A DNA stretch of 24,000 bases, taken from NCBI GenBank assembly GCA_963808875.1, contig CAWEHM010000033.1, positions 98,253 to 122,252 of the forward strand, in the 5' to 3' direction. Positions 16,237 through 24,000 of this stretch are shown here, piece after piece. The translations under genes were made by a program, and so were the position numbers. The notes below the pieces were generated by a model. The model searched no databases, had not been told where the DNA came from, and was given only the letters and a program-made list of their open reading frames with translations. Origin of the DNA: an uncultured Thermoleophilaceae bacterium. GTDB taxonomy: Bacteria; Actinomycetota; Thermoleophilia; Solirubrobacterales; Thermoleophilaceae. The stretch's first letter is position 1, and each line of letters starts with the position of its first letter.

Positions 16237-16763
16237 TGCGAACTCCTTTGGTTGGTGGGAACAGCGCGAGTCAGTAGCGAGAACGTGGCGGCGGTGGTGG
16301 TCCCGAACACGAGGTGCGCGCTCAGGTCTTTCCGCAGCGTCTCGAAGTCGTACTTCCAGATCGGCTTGTAGACGCCCAGGAGTGGGAGGACCACGTAGCC
16401 ACTTGCCCAGACCGCTGCACCGAACGGAAGGCCGAACCACACCCTCGGCTTGCGACGGGCGCCGAGGAGCACGCCGTACGCGGCGCCGCTGGCGAGGCCA
16501 AATCCCCAGTGCGTGAGGTTGTTGAGGGACCGCGCGTACCGTGGCGAGACGTCATGGCCCAGCACACCCTCGAGCAGTCGCTTGGCCACCAGCGCCGGCC
16601 CCGGCGCGTTCTCCCAGCTCTCGAGACCTTCGGAGAACTCCCAGCCGGGGAAGTCAGCGTCGCCCCCGTTCTGCCGGTACCTGCGATAAAGCGATCCGTC
16701 CATGGCCAGGGTGCCCAGCGCGCTGGCGACCACGCCGCGAAGTAGCGGACGACCGGTGGTCAC
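16233..16763 (-). CDS. hypothetical small integral membrane protein (about 4 TM)
   Basis: ORF 16233..16973 trimmed to GTG 16763, which forms a GTGA overlap with the SRPBCC stop. Hydrophobic segments LLRGVVASALGTLAM, HWGFGLASGAAYGVLLG, FGLPFGAAVWASGYVVLPLLG, SAHLVFGTTTAATFSLL. I recognise no family. Confidence 0.6.
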   Translation of the reverse strand: MTTGRPLLRGVVASALGTLAMDGSLYRRYRQNGGDADFPGWEFSEGLESWENAPGPALVAKRLLEGVLGHDVSPRYARSLNNLTHWGFGLASGAAYGVLLGARRKPRVWFGLPFGAAVWASGYVVLPLLGVYKPIWKYDFETLRKDLSAHLVFGTTTAATFSLLTRAVPTNQRSSQ

Positions 16764-17218
16764 CGATGCGACGCGCCGTTGTGGCGCGCCTCGATCGCTT
16801 GGACGCTCTGGCCGAACGCCTTTACGAGGACGCCCTTTCCGACGGTCCCGAGCACCAGGCCGAGGAACTTCCCCTTGGCGTTCTTGCCCTCGCGAACGAT
16901 GTCGACGTCCACGTCCGTCTGGCCGCTCGGAAGCCGCTTGAAGGCGTACGTGTAGCCGGACGATCCGCCCCAAACGTTGGAGTCGGTCGTCTCGAGGACC
17001 ACGCGGTCTGGATTCGACCAGTCGTAGTGCAGGCGCTCCCAGACGCCGCCGGAGCCCTCCGTGACGTCTGCCTCGGTCGAGCTGACCGAGTGGACCTTGA
17101 GGTAGTCGTCCGCACTCTTGGTGAAGACCTCCGCGCGCCCCGCGCTGAAGTCCGTGAGCCCCGCGATGTACTGCTCTGGCGTGAGCGACATTGTCTGGTG
17201 AATGTGGATCTTGGACAT
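16760..17218 (-). CDS. SRPBCC (START/polyketide-cyclase-like) family protein
   Basis: ORF 16760..17362 trimmed to ATG 17218 (MSKIHIHQTMSLTPEQYIAGLTDF...). 152 aa with a typical SRPBCC layout (..VHSVSSTEADVTEGSGGVWERLHYDWS..VVLETTDSNVWGG..GYTYAF...). Starts 4 nt after the cydB stop. Confidence 0.75.
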   Translation of the reverse strand: MSKIHIHQTMSLTPEQYIAGLTDFSAGRAEVFTKSADDYLKVHSVSSTEADVTEGSGGVWERLHYDWSNPDRVVLETTDSNVWGGSSGYTYAFKRLPSGQTDVDVDIVREGKNAKGKFLGLVLGTVGKGVLVKAFGQSVQAIEARHNGASHR

Positions 17219-17222
17219 GGGT

Positions 17223-18521
17223 CTACTTTCGTCGGGGCAGGGCAGCGTTCGCATCAGGGAAACCCTGGTTTCTTGCACCGACCGCGTTGGTGGCCTCCCT
17301 GGGGGTCCCAGCCCACCCGAGCACCTCCGGACGCAGCAGCTCGGCCACACCGACCACGACAAACGCGGCCAGCGTGATCACGCCTATCGCGAGAACTACG
17401 CCCTCGCCGAGGAACGTCAGCGTTCCGCCGACGACGAAGAGGGCGACTGCGACTCTGGCAACCGACCGCTGCCCAATCGCCTGGCGTCGCACCGGCCGGT
17501 CCTCCACGGCCGGGACCGGCTCGTCGAACCTGCCGCTGAGGACGAGCCCGAAGAGCAGCACAAGCGCCGGTACGAGGACGATGAGTCCCAGGGCGATCGA
17601 GATCAGCAGAGCAACCAGCGTGGCGTGGCTCGCGGCCGCGGCGTGGACCGTCAGCCCCGGCAGGATGTCGGGGCTCTGAGCGATGCCCCATCCGGCGACG
17701 ATCGCAGCGACCGCCAGCGCCGCGGAGACGCGCGCCGGCCCGTAGCGTGCCGCGCGGACCAGCGCGAGCGTCACGCCCCCTGCGCCGGCGGACACGAGCA
17801 CCGCGATCAGCCCCGCACCGCTCGTCAGGTCGTCGAACAACGCGCGAGCATCCGATCGCAACACGAGCAGGCCGGCGGCAGCGAGCGCGCCCGAGACCAA
17901 CCCCATAACCAACGCCCGCACCTGGAACGCGCGCGCCAGTCCGTGGTTGGCCGAGCGCGTCGCATCGCCGGCGAGGTAAACCGCTGCGAGGTATCCGGAG
18001 GTCGCGACGGCGAGGGCACCGATCGTGATCGAGGTCGGATTCAGCCAGCTCGTCGTGGGATCGCCCGCGGCGTTGCCCACCGGGACGCGGCCGGAGGCGA
18101 TTCCGCCGATAGCGGCGCCGAGGGCGAACGGGGTGATCACCGACGACGCCCCAAAGAGAAAGCCGATGGTGCCTTCGGACTCGCGATTGGGAGGCGCGCC
18201 GCTGCGCATGGCGTAGGCGGCGCCGCGCAGGATGATCCCGACGGCAGCGATGAAAAGCGGCACAGCGAGGGTCGAGTAGACCGAGCCGAAGGCAGTCGGG
18301 TAGGCCGTCCACGTCACCACGAGGATGAAGATCAGCCAGACATGGTTCGCCTCCCACACCGGCGCCATCGCGTGGTACGTGAAGTCGCGAACCGGCCGGC
18401 CCCTCGGCCCTGGGCCGGCCAGCAGATACCACAGTCCTGCACCGAAGTCCGCACCGGCAAGCACGATGTAGGCCGCGATTCCGACCAGGATCAGGACGGC
18501 GGGGACGTCAGCGAGCGCCAT
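17223..18521 (-). CDS. cydB: cytochrome bd-type oxidase subunit II with a ~97-aa C-terminal two-helix extension
   Basis: ORF 17223..19406 trimmed to ATG 18521 (MALADVPAVLILVGIAAYIVLAGADFGAGLWYLL...PVWEANHVWLIFILV...). The CydB-like core is ~335 aa and ends ...LVLLFGLVLSGRFDEP. The same frame then continues through two more hydrophobic helices to TAG 17223. Confidence 0.85.
   Translation of the reverse strand: MALADVPAVLILVGIAAYIVLAGADFGAGLWYLLAGPGPRGRPVRDFTYHAMAPVWEANHVWLIFILVVTWTAYPTAFGSVYSTLAVPLFIAAVGIILRGAAYAMRSGAPPNRESEGTIGFLFGASSVITPFALGAAIGGIASGRVPVGNAAGDPTTSWLNPTSITIGALAVATSGYLAAVYLAGDATRSANHGLARAFQVRALVMGLVSGALAAAGLLVLRSDARALFDDLTSGAGLIAVLVSAGAGGVTLALVRAARYGPARVSAALAVAAIVAGWGIAQSPDILPGLTVHAAAASHATLVALLISIALGLIVLVPALVLLFGLVLSGRFDEPVPAVEDRPVRRQAIGQRSVARVAVALFVVGGTLTFLGEGVVLAIGVITLAAFVVVGVAELLRPEVLGWAGTPREATNAVGARNQGFPDANAALPRRK
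17249..17267 (-). promoter_or_regulatory. copy 1 of a shared 19-nt motif (minus strand CAGGGTTTCCCTGATGCGA), 30 nt upstream of the SRPBCC start
   Basis: Plus strand TCGCATCAGGGAAACCCTG is identical at 17 of 19 positions to 23110-23128. It contains the inverted repeat CAGGG-TTT-CCCTG. It lies in the last 15 codons of the cydB ORF, where third-position GC drops. Confidence 0.4.
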
Positions 18522-19873
18522 GACCCTCGAGGATCGGCGGCACTTGCTCCGCGGCATCGAGCGGCTTACGCTGCAGCCGTAGCAGGAGCCAGGCAACCGC
18601 CACAGCGAGCGCGACGTAGACGAGCACGAGCGTCGCGTAGCCCACCGCAATCCCCACCCGCGCCGGTTACCGCTTCGGATGTGCGCATCACGTGGTAGAC
18701 CACCCACGGCTGGCGGCCCACCTCCGTGGTCACCCAGCCGGAGACGAGTGCGACGACCGAGAGAGGTCCTGCGGCGACCACCGCCCACAGGAACCATCGC
18801 GACTCGGCGAACCGCCGGCGCCGGAACCAGGTCACGAGGTGCACCACTGCGAGCAGCGCGAGCAGCGTGCCGATACCGACCATCGTCTGGAATGCGACTC
18901 GGACGACGTTGACGGGCGGACGATTCTCGGCGGCACCGCCCCGAGCCCCTGGATCGTGGCATTCGGGTCGTGCTTCGCGAGAATCGAAAGGCCCTTCGGG
19001 ACCGCGACCCCGTACTTGACTTCGCCGTCCTTGTACCAGCCGAGCACATGGATGCCGGCACCCCCTGGTCGTCGACCCAAGGCCCTCCATCGCCGCGAGC
19101 TTCGTAGGCTGATCGTCGGCGACGCGGCGGGCGATCCAGTCGCCGACGATGAGCTGAACCGGCGCCGCGAGCGCCGCGATTGTCAGCGGCACGGCAAGCG
19201 CGATCCGCTCGTAGCGCCCACGCCGGCCCTTCAGCCATCCCCATGCGTAGGCCGCCGCCACCAGGAACCCGGCGACGATGAACCCGGCGGTGTACATGTG
19301 CGCCAGCTCGGGCCACAGGTGGCCGTTGCCGAACAGCGCCTTCCACGGATGAACGTCCGTCACGTGGTCGCCTGCGAGCCGGAACCCGCCCGGGTGGTTC
19401 ATCCACGCGTTTACGGAGATGACGAACAGCGACCCCGCCAGTCCAGCCAGCACCACCGGCACGCCAAACAGCAGGTGCGTCCGCGTCGACATGCGGTCCC
19501 AGCTGTAGACGTAGATGGCGATGAAGATCGCCTCGAGGAAGAACGAGAAGCCTTCAAGGCTGAACGCCAGCCCGAAGACTTCGCCGAACCTCGCCATGAA
19601 GTTCGGCCACAGCAGCCCCATCTCGAAGGAGAGGATCGTCCCCGTCACTACGCCGACGGCGAACAGCGCGATCATCACCTTCGACCAGCGCCTGGCGAGC
19701 GTGCGGTACAGCTCGTCGCCGGTGCGCAGGTAGAGCGACTCCACCAGCAGGACCATGCTCGGAAACGCGATGCCGAAGCAGACCAGCGGGATGTGGACCG
19801 TGAACGACAACGCCTGCATCTGGCGCGCCTGGTCGAGGTACTGCTGCTCGACGGGTAAGAGCGCCATCGACAC
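18508..19873 (-). pseudogene. cydA: cytochrome bd-type oxidase subunit I, three frame breaks (~19061-19065, ~18927-18929, ~18652-18655)
   Basis: ORF 18566..19873 gives QALSFTVHIPLV..., GTILSFEMGLLWPNF, FSLEGFSFFLEAIF, VNAWMNHPGGF, LAHMYTAGF, KLAAMEGL.. The Q-loop piece GAGIHVLGWYKDGEVKYGVAVPKGLSILAKHDPNATIQGLGAVPP is in ORF 18832..19080. The frame returns for ENRPPVNVVRVAFQTMVG...TEVGRQPWVVYHVMRTSEAVTGAGG. The true tail IAVGYATLVLVYVALAVAVAWLLLRLQRKPLDAAEQVPPILEGHGAR* ends at TGA 18508-18510, overlapping cydB by 14 nt. 1366-1 = 1365 nt. Start is GTG 19873 or ATG 19867. Confidence 0.85.
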
Positions 19874-19878
19874 TCTTG

Positions 19879-20931
19879 TCAGGGCTGTTCGACCAGCGGC
19901 TGGGTAGACGGGCTGAGAGGTCCTGCAGCGGCGCGGTGCTGGCGTTCGCGCGCGAGCTTGCGCGAGACCGGCAGCAGGAGCAGTAGCGCGACGATGACGG
20001 TCCAGGCAACCAGCCTGAGGATGTCCGTCCAGACGTCCAGCCCGCCGAAGTAGAGGATGCTGCGCTCGGCGTTGACCGTCTCCGCGCCGATCCAGAAGTG
20101 GTTGACGAAGCGCCAGAACGGCGGCAGCACGCCGGCGGTGTAGGTGGCGCCAAGGCTCGGGATGTTGAGGAACACGAAGATCGCGAGCGACGCGAACAGC
20201 GCAATCGGGCCGATCAGCACCTGTAGCAGGCGCGTGATCAGGCCGATCACGAACGAGTAGAGCGCCGCGACGCCGATGAAGGCGAGGATCGTCCCGAACG
20301 AGCCCTTGTAGGTGCCGAAGCCGAGGCCGCCGATCAGGTAGGCGATCGTCGGCACGAGCACGGCGACCCCCGCGAGAATCGCGTAGCGGCGCCCGGGCGA
20401 CAGGGCCGGGGCGACCGTGAACAGCAGGGTCGCGGCGAGATAGCCGCAGATCGTGCAGACGATCATGAACATGAAGATCCCGACCCCGATCGAGTCCCCG
20501 GCCGCCAGGGGTCGCACGTCGCGCACGGCGAGCTGTGCCCCCTGAGCCGCGGTGGCCGAGCGCACCAGCGTCTCGGCCGCCACCGCGACGAGCCGGCCAC
20601 CCGCGGGAGCGACGATCACCGTCGCGGGCTTCTTCGGGTCCGCGGTCGGCACGAATGCCGCGTCGAGGTTTTGCTGGCGGACGTCGTGTACAGCTTGGGC
20701 GACCGTCGGAACCTGGCTGATGTCGAACGCCGAGCGGGCCGCCTTCTGCAGGTCCGCGCGCAACGGCGCCGTCTGTGCCGGCGGCCCGACGACAGCCACC
20801 TTGATGTGGTTCGGGTGCGGTGTGTGGTAGGTGCCGATGATGCAGAGCGCGAACAGGATCACGAAGAAGATCGGGACCGCCATCGCGCCCAGGGCAAGCC
20901 GCGTCTGCTCGCGTTGCTCGTTGCCGGTCAT
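19879..20931 (-). CDS. integral membrane protein with ABC-2 / YhgE-Pip / DUF3533-like topology (TM1, ~130-aa loop, 5 TM)
   Basis: Second half of ORF 19879..21261, from ATG 20931 (ATGA overlap with the Rieske-like stop): MTGNEQREQTRLALGAMAVPIFFVILFALCIIGTYHTPHPNHIKVAVVG...QNLDAAFVP...VIVAPAGG..., then IGVGIFMFMIVCTICGYLAATLLF, YAILAGVAVLVPTIAYLIGG, ILAFIGVAALYSFVIGLI, IALFASLAIFVFLNIPS, LVAWTVIVALLLLLP. Function unknown. Confidence 0.65.
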   Translation of the reverse strand: MTGNEQREQTRLALGAMAVPIFFVILFALCIIGTYHTPHPNHIKVAVVGPPAQTAPLRADLQKAARSAFDISQVPTVAQAVHDVRQQNLDAAFVPTADPKKPATVIVAPAGGRLVAVAAETLVRSATAAQGAQLAVRDVRPLAAGDSIGVGIFMFMIVCTICGYLAATLLFTVAPALSPGRRYAILAGVAVLVPTIAYLIGGLGFGTYKGSFGTILAFIGVAALYSFVIGLITRLLQVLIGPIALFASLAIFVFLNIPSLGATYTAGVLPPFWRFVNHFWIGAETVNAERSILYFGGLDVWTDILRLVAWTVIVALLLLLPVSRKLARERQHRAAAGPLSPSTQPLVEQP

Positions 20932-21261
20932 CGGATCTGAATCTCGCCGTCGACCTCTTGGACCTCGTAGACGTTCAGTGGCTCCACTGCCGGCCCGTTG
21001 ATGACCGCCCCGGTGGTCACGTCGAACCTCGAGCCGTGGCACTGGCACATGAGCGTCGTGCCGGTGAGTAGCCCGCCCGACAGCGGGCACGGCTTCGTCC
21101 GCACACGTGCACAGGTCGTCGAACGCGTAGAGGCGATCGTCGACGCGCGCGACCGAGATCCGTCGTTTGAGGTCGTCCAGGTAATACGGAACGACGAAGT
21201 CGTTGGGGATCGCGTCGCCCGGTCCGAGCGTGCGGAACGCGTCGGTGGCCAGGTCGGTCAT
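20928..21261 (-). pseudogene. small Rieske-like [2Fe-2S] domain protein with atypical C-x-C box I; one frame break near 21085-21087
   Basis: From ATG 21261 (GAGGAG SD): MTDLATDAFRTLGPGDAIPNDFVVPYYLDDLKRRISVARVDDRLYAFDDLCTCADEAV. After dropping one C of a CCC run it continues PLSGGLLTGTTLMCQCHGSRFDVTTGAVINGPAVEPLNVYEVQEVDGEIQIR*. 334-1 = 333 nt. Confidence 0.75.
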
Positions 21262-21273
21262 CGCTTCTCCTCG

Positions 21274-23018
<1,745 letters not shown>

Positions 23019-23109
23019 CAGCTCTCCCCTTCCGGGTCGTGGCCCGAGTTGGCGGTCGACCGGCCCGCTGCCGATCGATGCGCGAACTGTCGCGGGACAG
23101 GGGTACGAC

Positions 23110-23128
23110 TCGCATCAGGGAACCCCTA
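23110..23128 (-). promoter_or_regulatory. copy 2 of the shared motif (minus strand TAGGGGTTCCCTGATGCGA) in the LuxR-GMC intergenic region
   Basis: Plus strand TCGCATCAGGGAACCCCTA. It sits 10 nt after the LuxR stop and 91 nt upstream of the GMC ATG. Both copies are followed by CCCTGyCCCG-like sequence. Confidence 0.4.
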
Positions 23129-23137
23129 AGGGAGGCC

Positions 23138-24000
23138 CTAGTCAGGAAGCACGCGGTCCAGGTGGCCGCGCGTGCTGATGCCCAGCTTGGTGAAGACCTT
23201 GTGCAGGTGGTACTCGACCGTGCGCGGGCTGATGTACAGCCGCGCGCCGATCTCGGCGTTCGACAACCCGTCACGCGCAAGCCGGGCGATCTGCGTCTCC
23301 TGCGCGGTGAGCTCGTCGCGCGCTTCGTCCGTGCGCTTGCGGGCGGTCTCACCCGTCGCCAGTAGTTCACGCCCCGCGCGCGCCGCGAACGCCTCTGCGC
23401 CCATCGCGGTGAACATCGCCTGCGCGCGACGCAGCTGCTCACGAGCGTCGATCCGGCGTCGGTCCCGCCGCAGCCATTCGCCGTAAAGCAGGTGAGCACG
23501 GGCAAGCGGAAGCTTCATGCGGGTGCTGCCGAGGCGGTCGATCGCCTCCTTGTAGAGCCGTTCAGCGACCTCGCCGCTGCTGACTAGCGCCTTCGACGTC
23601 GCCTCCACACCGAGAGCCAGCTCGGTGCCCGCCGCGCGCGTCCGCTCGCACAACCGCTCGACTGCGTCGGTTGCCACCTCGGTATGGCCTGAACGCATGC
23701 CGGCTTCCACGATCTCAGGTAGCGACCACACCGGAACCATGAGCTCATCCCTTTTGCCGGCACTTTCGGCGGGCGCCAGAGCGGCCTCGTAGCGACCGAG
23801 GCCGTTGTAGAGAACCGCCCGCGCGTGCTCGCAGAAGGTGAGCACGATCCCCTCGCTGCCCCGCGCGTTCGCAGCCCGCTCAGCCGCCTCGAAGAGAACC
23901 AGCGCCTCCGCTTCGATCCCGCGATAACCGGCCAGCCACAGCCTTCCGATGGGAAATGGTTCGTGCCCTGGCGCGTTCGCAATGAGATCGGCCTCGTCGA
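23138..24000 (-). CDS. LuxR-family transcriptional regulator, C-terminal part of a large LAL/MalT-like (TPR + HTH) protein; N-terminus beyond the window
   Basis: The frame of ORF 23138..23845 stays open to the window edge (DEADLIANAPGHEPFPIGRLWLAGYRGIEAEALVLFEAAERAANARGSEGIVLTFCEHARAVLYNGLGRYEAAL...), giving TPR-like repeats. The C-terminal LuxR HTH is LTAQETQIARLARDGLSNAEIGARLYISPRTVEYHLHKVFTKLGISTR. Confidence 0.85.
   Translation of the reverse strand, partial: DEADLIANAPGHEPFPIGRLWLAGYRGIEAEALVLFEAAERAANARGSEGIVLTFCEHARAVLYNGLGRYEAALAPAESAGKRDELMVPVWSLPEIVEAGMRSGHTEVATDAVERLCERTRAAGTELALGVEATSKALVSSGEVAERLYKEAIDRLGSTRMKLPLARAHLLYGEWLRRDRRRIDAREQLRRAQAMFTAMGAEAFAARAGRELLATGETARKRTDEARDELTAQETQIARLARDGLSNAEIGARLYISPRTVEYHLHKVFTKLGISTRGHLDRVLPD

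Noticed and set aside
23053-23062. Perfect 10-bp palindrome CGGTCGACCG, plus ATCGAT and the CTGTC-CCGC-GACAG hairpin, in the GMC 5' region
   Set aside because: Short GC-rich palindromes are expected by chance at this GC content and there is no second copy in the window. Noted only as possible operator candidates.

Overview
High-GC (~70%) actinobacterial-type chromosome segment. All comparisons to reference proteins and RNAs are made from memory and by hand; nothing was searched.

1-13.7 kb is housekeeping:
- lysC (partial), a GH3 glycosidase and a molybdopterin oxidoreductase
- recR, with an opposite-strand FAD oxidoreductase wedged between it and ybaB-dnaX
- an HD-GYP protein and an AceE-type 2-oxoacid dehydrogenase E1
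- a 278-nt Bacillus-type (Alu-domain) SRP RNA that an ORF track cannot show
- ridA, a lytic transglycosylase, an HdeD-like membrane protein and tRNA-Val(CAC)

13.86-24.0 kb is one minus-strand gene array: LAL/LuxR regulator (partial) > ChoD-like GMC oxidoreductase > Rieske-like protein > DUF3533-like membrane protein > cydA > cydB > SRPBCC > small membrane protein > VOC > Asp-nucleophile alpha/beta hydrolase > enoyl-CoA hydratase. Five of its nine junctions are 4-nt ATGA/GTGA overlaps.

The most unusual signal is reading-frame damage. I find at least 24 single-base frame breaks in otherwise well-conserved genes. Thirteen are packed into the 1.7-kb GMC gene, and 12 of those go in the same direction (one extra base each). 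Local consensus indel error is the leading explanation, but the clustering and directionality deserve read-level checking.

Other points of interest are cytochrome bd embedded in a catabolic-looking operon, a Rieske-like protein with C-x-C in place of C-x-H, and a ~19-nt motif shared upstream of two genes of the array.

I saw no CRISPR array, transposase, integrase, toxin-antitoxin pair or recognisable defence gene.
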